64,000 bases of DNA from Callorhinchus milii (Eukaryota), in the NCBI RefSeq assembly GCF_018977255.1, contig NW_024704743.1:36520001-36584000 (forward strand). Reading direction: 5' to 3'. Of this stretch, positions 15,103-28,276 are shown piece after piece. The position numbers and the translations under genes are program-made. The notes beneath the pieces were generated by a model. It saw only the letters and a program-made list of their open reading frames with translations, made no database searches and was not told the DNA's origin. Each line of letters starts with the position of its first letter. Within the stretch, counting starts at the first letter, position 1.

Positions 15103-18100
15103 CCAACACAACAGGCGGACTGAACAGCTACGATCCACAACCCCACACCAGTGCTTGAAACCATTGGTTTGTGAAAAATAAATTAGCTGAGTTCCAGTAA
15201 ACTGTCAAGCACTAGTCACTTGCTGGCAACACATCTTAAATGTATCCAGCGATCTCTCCAAATTATAGACCTCCATACCTCTCAATACATTCACCACAAG
15301 TACTGAATGTAGTACTTGAAATGCAAAAGCAAAGATTTTTTTTAAAACACTCAATTTGTAGCGTACAAATTGTTTTAAGCATCATTTGGGGGCAAATAGA
15401 ATGATTGCAATAAACTTCAAGGGATCCCAGGAGTTCTGAAAAGCAATTCCCCCATTTCCTAGCTCTTCCCATTCTATGTTGGTTAAGTGCATCTCATTAA
15501 CTTGAAAACTTTGTTAATTATCAGGAATTTCTCTCTTGCATGTTCACTGCACTTTGGCTTCATGCCAGACTGGGAGCGTGCCAGGATTTCAGGAGTCTTC
15601 AGATAAATACTCAAGTACACTTAGAAATTGCTGCTAATTTTTTTTATGGTAAAACCGTAAGCCTTTCTAAAGTTAACTACTCAGTTCTACATAGAGATGG
15701 ATAAAAATCGTTATTTTTCAACAGCTCCTCAATCTCAATTCTTTTTCCCAAATGTTAGCTTATCCTTCAGCCAAAAGGGCAAGGTCATCAGGCTTTGAAT
15801 TTCTCCTTGGCAGTCACTAATGTAGCATGCAAGATAGTTGTCCCTGCTGTTGGATGATTAACAGATTAATTTCATCTGTAGAGGTGAAACTTGTAACCTG
15901 GGATGGATTAATTATGACTGATGATAATCGCATCACTGATAAACAGAACTAGGGAGGCCAATCAATAACTAAAGACTGGCCATAAGTATAAAAATTATCA
16001 CCGTTGATGAATCAAGTCAAAAAAGCAAGTCAGTACCGAACATTTACTGTGGTACCCTTTGAGCCCCTCACCCCCGCTTGCCCCCACCACAATAACCTCC
16101 GCCCTCCCACTTGGAGGAAAATTAGGCCTGACCAAATTAGGCCCTACCACCATTAGACTTATCAGCTCTCGGGTCATGGCACTGGATTGTTCATGGGGTA
16201 CAGGCTTAGCTCCAATTTCTCCTGTTGAGTTGAACTGATATCCAACTAACCAGCACAACTGACCCACAGCCAAGTCCAGCCACTAATGGAATCAATTGGG
16301 TAGGGGGTGGGAGGAGGAAAGAGAGGGCAAGAACCACAGTTGGTTATCTGTCACTGACTTGCCCCTTTGACAGCATTCAATCAACAGTGATAATTATTTA
16401 ACAATGATCACGTCACAGGTCAAAATTCTCACACTCTGGTCGAGAAGAGGGTTTAGTCATAAACTGAACATTCTGGAATTGGCCGTTTGACCCTAAAACA
16501 AACAATGAAGGTAAAATCCAAATGAACAGCGATCAATTGATCTTACAAAACAGCAAACGTTCTAGATACAGAAAGGGATACAAAATGGAAAACCCTACCA
16601 TGAATAGGAAAGGACCCTGAAGTCAATTCTGTAACAGAAACTAAAACTGATTGGATGAACATATGAAGAAAAATATTGAACGGTGCAGGGAAAGACCGAG
16701 GGGATATGTTCAAGTGGGTAATCAAGCGACCGCAGACTCGATGCTCAAGATGACCACATTCTGTGCTGTACTTAGTGTCAGCTTGACTCAGTTGGTGGCA
16801 CTCTTGCTTCAGAGTCAGAAGACTGGTGGTTCAAGCCCCGCGTCAGGCCTTGGAACATATAGTCTAAGCCAACACTCCAATGCAGCGCTTTGGGATATCC
16901 CCTTGACGTGAAAGGCACTTTATAAATGTAAATTTGTATTTTTCACTTCATGAATAATTGTGGGACACTTCTACGCACAAATTGGCTGTTAGTTACAAAA
17001 TAGACACTACTTTTTCAATAAAAACACTCCCACATCTCACTCCTTTCCTCGCTATCTTTAAAGCCTGCCTTAAGATTTATGTCTGGCAACCGATTTGTCA
17101 TTTCTACCCCAAAACCTCTCTTTCTGCCCCCTCCACATCTCTGCTGTGCAAAGTGCTCTTAGAAGTTCCCCTGATGTAAAGGGCACTATATCAATGTAGA
17201 ATGGACTGTGTACTGATATATATTTACTTTCTTTCACCTTCTCGCCCCCAAAAGAATACATTTTGATATTAAAATGCGTTGCTGTGATGGCTAGAGTACT
17301 GCTCAATGCTTGAAATTCACTGGGAGTATTTGTAATGGTTTTCACTCGCTCAGCACCACCTCTGCTCTCCCCCCACATCCTTCTGTACTGATAACAGGAT
17401 AAAACTTCAATTTCAACAGCAGAGTTCAGTAATGAGTGGAGGAGAGACATTTTGTGATTAAAATAATTTTCTTTTACATTTTCAAAAACAAATGGATGAT
17501 ATAAGACAGCAAAAGAAAACAAGCAGCGTGGGAATCCTATAGTCTCTTTCAAGTATCTTATGGTCATTTAACTTCCGCTACTGTATGATGTAATCCAACT
17601 TTCTGCCAGTTTTCCAAGGGAATCAGAAAAAAGAACGTAATTGAAAAGTGCACCAGCCAGCTGACAATTTCATTGTCATGGTCTGTGGAAATGAACAAAC
17701 TACTAACACAGAATGAACCGTAAATGGAGACTCAAATAGGTTCTTTAGCCATTCTCTCCTTCTTGCTTCTCCTTCACTAGACCCCGCTCACCCGAATCAC
17801 TGTGTTTAATCGTAACAAGGCAGTAATTTGCAAAATAATTTATTTCCATGCATGAACCAATTATCGCTGAACATAAAGAGGATCCGACTGTGTACACAGT
17901 ATAAAGTAACAGCAAGCGACTGTGGAGTGAATTATAGGGAAAGAGCCAGGAGTAGTACTGTTACAAGCATTACAAGAAGTTCATTCACTCCTGTCAATAA
18001 ATACTATGGTCTTTCATAGAGATAAAATACTCTTAAAAAATTGGATTCAAATAAGTCTTACAAGAACACATAAGTTGCATAGTTTTCCACCTTTTACCAA

Positions 18101-18319
18101 TTTGGCTCATTTTCAATCAATTCTATCAGTTTGATTGTGTGCTCCAAGCACTTCTGTTCGCTGCATGTGGAGATAGCATCTGGTCCTTTGCAGTCTTTCC
18201 TCTCTTCCCCTTTCTAGTGCATCAACAAAATTCACATGTGATGGTCATAATAATTCTAATTTGATGCTCACGTCAATGTCCTGGCTTTGTTGTAACACGT
18301 TCCCGTTCTTTTGTTTCAG

Positions 18320-18418
18320 GACGGACGCACCGCTCTGCACTTGGCTACATCCCACTCAAGGCATCAAATTGTTCAGCTGCTTTTGGCAAAGAAAGTGGAC
18401 CCCAACCTGACCTGCGGG
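18320..18418 (+). other. Isolated 99-nt exon-like segment encoding one ankyrin repeat (DGRTALHLATSHSRHQIVQLLLAKKVDPNLTCG), TRPN1/NOMPC-like
   Basis: Polypyrimidine acceptor ttcttttgtttcAG, donor GG|GTAAAT, exactly 33 codons in phase 0-0, ankyrin consensus G-T-LH-A...IV-LLL...D-N. Confidence 0.75.
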
Positions 18419-18632
18419 GTAAATCCACAGTCACTGCACTGCGTGTGTGACATGTATTGTGTGCTAGTTTCCGAAACACATCAAAGTTTATTTCATACCA
18501 TTGGACAAAGGGGGCAAAGTTGTGCAGTGTAAATGTTATGTGCACAACCTGTGTGCGGCGAAGGAACGTAATGTAAAGAACAGAATGTTTTTGTATTGGG
18601 AGAAAGGGAAAAATGTAACAGAAGATGTTGTA

Positions 18633-19428
18633 ACCTCCGAGGTTCTGTCCTTGACTGCTTCAGGTCTTACCTCTCACATCGCCTCCACTTCATCTCAGCA
18701 AATGGCTTCTCCTCCAGCCCTGTGTGGTGTTCCCCAGGGCTGTGTCCTCGATCCCCTCATCTTCACCCTCTGAATGCTTGGTGACATCATCCGCAGACAT
18801 GGGGTAAATTTCCACATGTATGTGGATGACACCCAACTATCTCTCTGCCTCCACCCTGAACTCCAAGACTACTGGCGTCCTGACCAAAAACTGTCCAACA
18901 TCAAATCCTGGACGAGGGACAACTTTCTCCAACTCAACGTCAGCAAGACTGAGGCCGTCCTGATTGCCTCGCGCCAGCACCTCCGCACCTCAGGCGCTGG
19001 CAGCATCAGCCTCCACGGCTACACACTCAACCTCACTGAGCCAGTCAGGAACCTGGGTGTCTTGTTTGACCTACCTCTCTGACCTGCTGACTCCCTACCA
19101 ACCTGCCCGCTGCGTCCGTTCAATGGGCACAGGCCTGTTCCATATCTCCCACCCGACACGCCCTACCGTCGGTGGCCGAGCTTTCAGCCTCTCTGTCCCC
19201 ACACTCTGGAACTCCATTCTACAGTCCGTTCGCCTCGCTTTCTCCCTTGCCTCCTTCAAGGTCAGTCTCAAGACTCTCCTCTTCGATCATGCCTTTAGTC
19301 GCCCTCCCACCTCTCTGCCTTCACTCACCCCACCCCTCCCCCATGCTCGGGTCCAAACCCGACTGTCCAGCGCCTTGGGACGTCCTCCCGACGTGAAAGG
19401 CGCTCTATAAATGTAATTTTGCTGTTGT
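18633..19428 (+). mobile_element. L2 LINE fragment with RT motif and an internal deletion
   Basis: GVPQGCVL, HMYVDDTQL, NFLQLNVSKTE; jumps at ~19071 from the FD motif to YLSDLL; 3' stem-loop and tail closely similar to the 58326-60211 copy. Confidence 0.92.
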
Positions 19429-20074
19429 GTTATATTGTGAATGTTTCGTATTTCTGTTGTTCCAAATATTATATTTATAAATAAATATATATTTTCAAAA
19501 AAAGTAAATGTTATGTTTCTGAAAAGGAAACACAAACATATTGCTATGCAACCCATGAACTCTTCTCAAATAGGAAATCTAGCCCTCTGCAGGCAAAAGG
19601 TTAGACCACCCTGCTTTAAACTTTTAGAACATTTTGTGTGTGTGTGCGTATGTGTGAGATGACACCGGTCAGCATGTCAGTGATGGAGTCTTGAGTAAGC
19701 GTTGGGTGGTTGCAGGTTGACAGCAACTGGGTGGGGTTGGGAGCACTTGCTGCGCTGAATTTCCTTCCCCCAGCAACTGTTGTTTTCACTCAGAAAACAA
19801 AATTGATGAATCCCGAGTTGGAAGAATTCAATTAAATGCAAATGAAGGCTGAGGAGGTCAAAGGTCAGGCGAATTTGATCGTCAGGTTAGCACCCACACG
19901 GACCTTCGCTTCAGTTTCTCAGTAGACGGTGGATTGGGAATTGCCTTTATTGTGAATGGTTCTGGGAACCAAACCGTCCGCAGTCACATGACCCTGTGAC
20001 ACGAGAATAGTTCCCAGCTGACTTTACAAGGACTTCACAATGTTCACACGGGAGGTGAGGTCTGGCCCAGAGTG

Positions 20075-20885
20075 AGCGAATGAGAGGATCTTGAAATCAT
20101 CCGTTCAGTAATTGGGAACCAGTGTAGCCTGGCAAAGACTAGTGGGAAGGGGATATGGAGTTTTGTGCGGGTGAGAATCCAGGTGGCGGAGTTCTGAATT
20201 AGTTGAATTTTGTGTGTGGTGGAGCTGGGGAGACGAGCAAGGAGGGCACTGGAATAGTCCAACCGGGAAGTGACGAAGGCGTGGACGAGGGTTTCGGCTG
20301 CTTTGGTTATGAGGTTTCGGACGGAGGTGGCCAATGTGATGAAGGTGGAAAAAAGCAGTCCTGATCAGGAGACAGATATGGTTAGGAAGGAAAGCTGGGG
20401 ATCAAACCTGATGCGTACATTGCACACAGGTTCAACAACAACAAAATTACATTTATAGAGTGCCTGTCACGTCAGGAAGACGTCCCAAAGCACTGAAAGA
20501 GAGTCTTGAAGGAGAACCCAGGGAGGTTGAGGAGTTCAGACTCGCAGGAGAGAAGACTTTAATGGAGCCAATGAGTATGGCTTCTGTCTTGCCGACATTC
20601 AGCTGTAGGAAATTTGCGCTCATCCAGGCCTTGATAGCCATCAAACAAGTTGATAGGACATCAACAAACTAGGAGTTGCAGCTGGAGGAGGGTATCATCT
20701 GCATACATGTTAAAGTTGACCCAATGGCCGCAGGTGACATCACTGAGAGGGAGCGTGTAGATGAGGAAAAGAAGGGGGCCAAGGATAGAACCTTAGGATA
20801 CCCCGCAGGTGGCAGGGCAGGAGGAGAATTGTTGTGTTGTTGATTATTGAATAGGACTTGAACCATGCGAGTTCAGTCCCACTTA
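20075..20885 (-). mobile_element. L2 fragment containing a nested short L2 3' tail (~20434-20495)
   Basis: [27 protein letters not shown] and YADD-region similarity on the - strand. Confidence 0.85.
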
Positions 20886-21413
20886 GGTGGATGAGGGAGT
20901 AGAGACGGTGAAGGAGGATGGAATGACCGACTGCATTGAATATTATTATTATTCTTAGCTAGTTTGCGCACTCTGTATTGCCTTTGAGTCCCGATTTCAA
21001 ACCAGCCCAGCTCGCTTGATTTCCTTTCTGCTGGCTGTCCTTTCCTGTAATGCCCCTGAGCAATGTCAATGCAATTCCAGGTGGCCATGGGTTCACAGTA
21101 CTAAAAGTGCGTTTAATTCAGCAGATATTAGCAGCCTCATTCAGAAATGTCACAAAAATGCTTTGTATATGAAATATAAATGTCATACTGACCCAGTGAA
21201 ACGAGGGATTGGCAGCTTCTTTAACTGGATTCATTAATTTTATTCGCACAACTTTCCACACTTTCAGCAAGAAAAATTCTTCTCTCCCTCTTACTCCTAC
21301 TTTTGTTTTCTCTAAACATTTTTTATAATAATATTTCATCTCTTCTGAAGGCTCCCCCTCCACCCCATCAAATCTCGTCTAGATGGGGAATCAGTTGCTA
21401 AGGGGGAAGTTGA

Positions 21414-21980
21414 AACAACAACATTACATTTGCAAAGTGCCTTTTCACATCGGGAGGACATCCAAAGACACTGAACAGTCAGGGATCAGGACTCAAGCAT
21501 GAGGGAGACAGAGTTGGGGTGAGGGAGGGCAGAGAGATAGGAAGGAGGCTGAAGGCACAGTCAAAAAGGAGGGTCTTGAGTCATGCCTTGAAGGAGGCAA
21601 GAGAGGAAGCAAAGCGAAGGGACTGTGGGATGGAGTTCCAAAGAGTGGAGACAGAGAGGCTGAAAGCAGGCTGTCGGGCAATAGACCTGGAGCAGGCCAG
21701 AGCCTGCTGAGCAGGGGACAGGTCGATAGGGATAGTCAGCAGGTCAGAAATGTAGGAGGGGGCAAGCCCGTGCAGGGCCTTGAAAGTTAGGACAAAGATT
21801 TTGAACTCTATCCTCTTGGGGATGGGGAGCCAGTGGAGCCGGGCGAGGGTGGGGGTGTCACGGAGCCTGGTGCGGGAGAGGATACAAGCTGCAGAGTTCT
21901 AGTTGATCTGCAGCTTATGGAGGGAAGAGTTGGGGAGGCTGATAAGGAGGGAGTTTCCGTAGTCGAGCCTTGAGGTGACG
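21414..21980 (-). mobile_element. L2 3' fragment
   Basis: Reverse complement matches the L2 C-terminus and tail. Confidence 0.85.
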
Positions 21981-22664
21981 TAAAAGACCTAAAGGAACTA
22001 GTCAGATTTCCCTCATCATACCCAGTGTGAAGCCACAATAAACAAAGCAAACAAGATGTTGTGCTGTGTTACCAGAAGTTATGCTCAAGCTGTTACAGTG
22101 GTCTGGTCAGGTTGTATATCCAGTAATAATAATAATAATCCTTGCATTTGATATAGCGCTTTTCACAATATACTTTCAGATATGTCAAGACAGCTGATCA
22201 CTTCTTAAACTCTTACTTCCTTAATCTTTTAGATTTCAAGAAAATACAGAACTAGCAATTACTGAAACATATCAACTACTGAATAGAAAAAAACTAATGG
22301 AATCCGGCATCGTCTGCAGGTGCTCCACTATCCAACATTTTAGAATTATTTATTTAAAAACAGTATTATGTGCAGGGTGTGGTTACTTCATTTTCAGGCT
22401 TAGTACGGAACAAGTGAGTCAGTTCCCAAAACATGTTGGGACACTAAACTGGACAATGAGGCAGAGAATTACAAGAATGAAAACTACTGTATTACTTTTC
22501 AAAGTAAAGATGATCAAATTGGTGTGGTTTAACTGGTTGCAATTTAGAGAAAAAAAATCCACAAGTGAACAGTTTCAGAATTTCTCAAAGTATAAAATCC
22601 ATCCATTCATAACATCAATCCATGCATTTTATACAAGCGCCTTACCTTAACTTAAATAAAATGG

Positions 22665-23040
22665 TGGAGTCCTGTAGCTTAGTGGTTAAAGCACTCACCT
22701 CGCAAGCGAGAGGACCTTTGTTCGATTCCCAGACAGGGTAAAACATTGGGCAAGTTTCATTACTCCTTACGCCTATGTTTACCTTGCAGTAAATAGGAAC
22801 CCGGTTATTAGTTGATTGGCGGATCGCTTTCTGGAGATAATAATCCTTCCAAATTTTTTTTAATAGTAACAGTGACTTGGTCGCTCAATCCATGACTGTT
22901 TGTTGGACACTGCTGTGCGCAATTAGCTGCCGTATTCACCCACAAAATATCCAGTCAATTTACTTCACAGTGTATACTCGAAGATATCTCGAAGACGTGA
23001 TAAGGCGCTATATCAAATGCAAAGATTAATAGTATTATAA
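22665..23040 (+). mobile_element. tRNA-derived SINE, long subtype
   Basis: Same head and tail plus an extra internal segment (tgttttaccttgcagtaaatagg...ggcggatcgc). Confidence 0.88.
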
Positions 23041-26000
23041 AACAAAATCAAAAAACAGATAAGAGAAAATATAATTGATTTGTCCTTGTATTTGACATAG
23101 TGCTTTATCATGTCATCAAAACATCTCAAATTGCTTCACAGGATTTATTGTAAAGTGTAGTGACTGTATATCTATATGCAATTGAGGCAGCCAATTTGCA
23201 CATAGGAATGTGCTACAAACAGCCATGAAGTAAATGACCAAATGTATCCATTTATTATACAATATCAGGTATTGTTGCCCAGTACATCAGGAAAGATACC
23301 AGTTTTAAAAAAAAGTAAATAAATGTTTCAATTTACTAAAATGCTGGTCACAAACTGTTTTAACTAGAAGATAACTGCAACAGAACTACCTGCATGAGCT
23401 GAGCTCCCAATGATTTTAAGCAATATTATCGAAATCACAATTATTTACATAACATTCAATTTAAAAGTATCCCTTAATTTCACTGCCCCAAATGGAAACT
23501 TCTTATGGTCAGTATTTCAGCTAAAGAACTATTTCAAAGTGTCAGTTTGGCACATTTGTAGCAATCTCACTTCTGAGTTGCAAGGCTGTGGGTTCAAGTT
23601 AAGACATTTAACTCATAATCTAGGCTAACAGTCCAGTGGAGTGCTCGGGGCACACTGCATTATCAGAGAAGTTATCCTTCAGTTGAGACATTAAACTGAG
23701 GTTGTCTGCCTGTTGAAGTGGAAAACAAATAAAAATAAAATTTGGCTATCAGCTTCGCAGCTGTTTGTGGAATATTATTACTGTGTTGAAATTGGCTGCT
23801 ACATTACAAAAAAAACAGTCACTGCCCTTTACAATAATATCCTCCCAATATGAAAGGCACTGCACCAACTGCAAGGATTGTTATATTTTGTCCAAGTTTT
23901 GTAAAATCAGATGACATTGCTCCCAGCTTTTTTTTGCAATCTTACTGCAATCATTTGGCAAGCAGATATTGTAAACAAAAAATTCTTAAATACATGAATG
24001 TCTTTACGTGTTTGCAATACTTGCACAATGACAAAAAAAGACATGGAATGGGATGTTGGACAGATCGGGAGCTGCCCCAAAAAGTCCAGTCAACAATCCA
24101 CCAGATAAAATTGTTCATTCACTTCACTGCTAATTTGTGGTGTGCAAATTGGCTGCCGTGTTCATCTATAAAAACAGTTATTACACTTTACAATAAATCA
24201 CGTTTACCATAATAATGCGGTATATTAAATGCAAGGATTATTTGGTTATTCATCGCTCAACAATACTGTCAGAGGATGTCCTTTCTGATTTCATAGAAAT
24301 GACCTTACAAAGGCAATTAGTGGGAGTTTAACAAGAAAAAATCCCATTTTTCTATTTTGTATCCTATCAGTTTGTACAACCAGAAGTCCTTTGATAAAGT
24401 CACAAAAGGTAACAGTTTAAAACCAAAGTTACAAACACCATTAGCTACAACCAATGTTACAATGTAACAAGAGGTAAAACCACTGCAAAGCTTCTCTTTA
24501 CTATAGAAAATGTACTCATTCTCATCTTATTTAAACCACCAAACAAGAGCTCAATGGATATTTAGTTTGTCTGCTAATCATCACTAAATATTCACCAGAC
24601 ACAAGACCCTGACTTAAACGAAACCCACTTTTCTTTGCTGCATTTCTAAAAGTTGGCACCATTTCAAGACGCTTGCTTCTCCTGCTACTATAAAAAGAAA
24701 GTCAGCACTGCCCAAACAACACAACAATTGCAGCCCCTCCCTCCTGCCCGACACAGGGACTGCTTTAGGAGTAGTTTAGGAGCACCATGGGAATAACTTT
24801 TTTTAATTAAGCTTACTATTATCATCCACAAATATTCAGTCAATTCACTTTACAGTATATTTTGTGAAGCGCTTTGAGACATCTAGAAAACGTGAAAAGC
24901 GCTATATAAAATGCAAGGATTATTATTATATTTAATATTATTATCCGAGACACTGATTGTCCAAGCCTTGGGACATTCTCCCGACGTAAAAGGCGCTATA
25001 TAAATGGAATTTTGTTGTTGTGTGTTATTCTGAATTGAAACTCAATCGGAAAACCATAAACATTGCCACCAATGGGTTGTGTGTACAACTCATAGTAAAA
25101 ATAAATAGTGAGATGGTGTTTATTAAAAAGACTTGCAAACCCTTTTGATTCACGCACCAAAAAGGTGAAGAAATCACATTGCTCCTCCCAAAGCAGATTC
25201 TTTCCAATTGTATTTTTATATATAAAAATGAACTTGTCAAAAAAATCTAAACCCAGAGTATTCTCAGCAGCTACAGGACAACTGTGTTAAACTGCAATTG
25301 TCTGCATGCAACAATTCAGGCCCCACATTAGAAACCAGGCTCACCTGGATTAGATCAAATATTCCACAATCCAATGCAAATAATTTTTTTAAAATCACAT
25401 TGCTGAAAGGTGCAGAAAACATGAGTCAAAATGGTGTGTAGTTTGGTCAAAGTTGAGCAAGGCAGAGGAGAAGAAATAACCTAAAAACACACTATATAGC
25501 GAGAGTGACTCACTAATAGGGAGACCAAAATATGTGCTTTTACTAAGACAGCAGAGTAGGCCTGTGTGTGTATGACAATTTTTCATTTGGCTATGTTGTG
25601 TTCTACAAGTGCAAAAATTGTCCAAACAAAAGAACTAAAAGATACTAAAAAAATTAAACAATTCATATTACCCCATGGAAAACAGAAACAAATGAAACCA
25701 ATCCTAGTTATAACAAAGTGAGAGCAGAAAAACAGCCAAGAGCAGAAGATCTCCACAGACATTACCACCCCCTGGATTGTAAGAATCCGCCCCGGTTTCC
25801 CACATTAAAAAAAGCCGACTTTTTTTTTTAAGTATGTGTCATTAGATTATAGTCAATTCCTGAGTGCTGTGAAAAGTGACGTTAATAGTACATCCTGCAC
25901 ACATAGGCTCATCCTAGAAGCCGCTATCTTATAAGGGAGTGCCTAATATTGCCCTGTATTGGGACATGGCAACACCCTTCTCCTTGTCCTGATAGATTAC

Positions 26001-27089
26001 AAAGTGGATTATTGTTTCCCTGAAAACTTTCCAGATTCCACTTCAACTGTAGAGTCAGCATTCATCCAGATGCTGATCATGGTCTCCTTGCAGCTGAGTC
26101 CTCTGTGATCTGCTTGAAAATATAAGTTCAGAATCGAGTCAAACCTCTTTAGCAGTCTGAATCAGGGAGGATGCAGAAGGCAGATAGCCAGAGCCTGCCT
26201 AACTCGAATTAACTGAACAAGCAGTGGAAAGCTTGACAGACAGTACTTTCAATAGCAAGTTATGCAGTTTTAGCTGATTAAACTCCAGCAGGAACCCAAT
26301 GCAGACTCTGAGGTTCCAAAGCCTCGGCTCTTGCCAACCTGTGCCTAATACTCTCCGAAATTCGTTAAGTAGAGTGTATCCCTCTAAGGACAGTTCCATT
26401 CCAGACAGGGAAATTTCCATGTGTGACATACATATGTGTAATTCTGTTGGTTCGAATATTCAAAGCATGGTGGTAAGTTTCTGCATGCGTCAGTCACCCA
26501 ACTGACCGCCTCCAAAAAAATCCAGATCGGCACTGATCGACACCATCCTGTGATATGGAGTTTTTGCCTATCCATTCTGTCACATGTGGATTTTTTTAAA
26601 TTTAATTATGTTAATTACTTCAGTTAGGTTCAAGAAGCACAGCACGTACCAAAAGTGAGTGAGGACTGGGGAATGGAAAAGAGAATTTTCCATGACATCT
26701 TCACTGTGGAAAGTTAGCTCATTACTCTCTGGAAATAAATAAGACTTGGGAATTCTTCCAGCAGCCTTCCAAGAACATTGTAGTTACTGAATCAGAACTC
26801 ATAGTAGTGAGATTTGTTGAATGGACATTAAACTAAGGTTATCTATACACAAAGGACAGGTTTAGACAATTGGAAGTGAACAAAAATGTCAAAAGTCTTC
26901 CTTCAGTAAAGATTACAAAAGCAGGAGTTATCAGAAGTTTGGGGAAGGGAAATCTTGTTGAATATATAATGAACAACTTTGATTCAGTTACCACGGATAC
27001 CAGCTGAAATAGTGAAAAACATGCACAAGGCATCTGGAAATGCCACTGGGTGACAGTTTCAGGCCCAGCTCCACCTCCTGGCCCCTCTT

Positions 27090-28276
27090 TTAACCAACAT
27101 TATCAACCTCTCATTATCTACTGGCACTGTTACCACCCCCCTAAAAACAGCTGTTATTACCCCCACCCTCAAAAACCTTCCATTGACCCATCCCTACTCT
27201 CCAGCTATTACCCCATCTCCAACCTCCCATTCCTCTCCAAGGCCCTGCAACGAGTCATATCATTCCTCTCCCACCAATCGTGTTTCTGTGCTGTGCACAG
27301 CAGGAAAACAGCCCTGGTCAAAGTCACTAACGCCATTCTGAACATCTATGAGAACCAGGGCTCTCTCTGCGTCTTTGGCCTCCTGAACCTCTCTGTTGCC
27401 TTCGATACTGTCGACCATTCTATCCTCCTACACCACCTCTCCTCTCAGTTCAATCTTTGCGGACCTGCCCTCGCCTGGTTCGATTTCTACATCTCCTACC
27501 ATCTCCACTTTGTCGCCACTGATGGCTTCTCCTCCAGCCCCCACACCATCACGTGTGGCGACCCTCAGGGCTCTGTCCTTGGTCCCTTCCTTTTCAATAT
27601 CTATATGCTAATTCTTGGTGACATCATCTGCAGACATGGGATCAACTCCACATGTATGCGGATGACACCCAACTCCACCTCTTTGCCTCCACCCTCGACT
27701 CCAGGACCACTGCTGTCCTCACAGACGGACGGACAGAAATCAAGTTTTGGATGAGAGCTAACTTCCTGCAGTTAAATGTCAACAAGACCGAGGCCCTCCT
27801 GATCGACTACGCAAATTCCCTGCTTGTCGGCCTCCCCAACTCCTCCCTCCATAGACTGCAGATCATCCAGAACTCTGCAGCCCGCATCCTCTCCTGCACC
27901 AGGCTCCGTGAACCTGTCACCCCCATCCTCGCCCGACTCCACTGGTTTTCCATCACACAGAGGATACAGTTCAAGATTCTGTTCCTCACCTTCAAAGGCC
28001 TCTATGGCCTTGCTCCCCCCTACCTCTGCGACCTCCTAAGCCTCTACCAACCTGCCCGCTCCCTTCGCTCACCGGGCTCCGGCCTGCTTCACGTCCCCCG
28101 TATCACCGTTGGTGGACAGGCCTTCAGTCACTCTGCCCCCACCCTCTGGAACTCCATCCTGCAGTCCGTCTGCCTCGCTCCCTCCCTTGCCTCCTTCAAG
28201 CTCCGAAACACTGATTGTCCAGGGCCTTTGGACATCCTCCCGACATGAAAGGCGCTACACAAATGTAATTTTGTTG
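27090..28276 (+). mobile_element. L2 ORF2 fragment with RT domain, frameshifted, several internal deletions
   Basis: [41 protein letters not shown] motifs; L2 tail. Confidence 0.92.
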
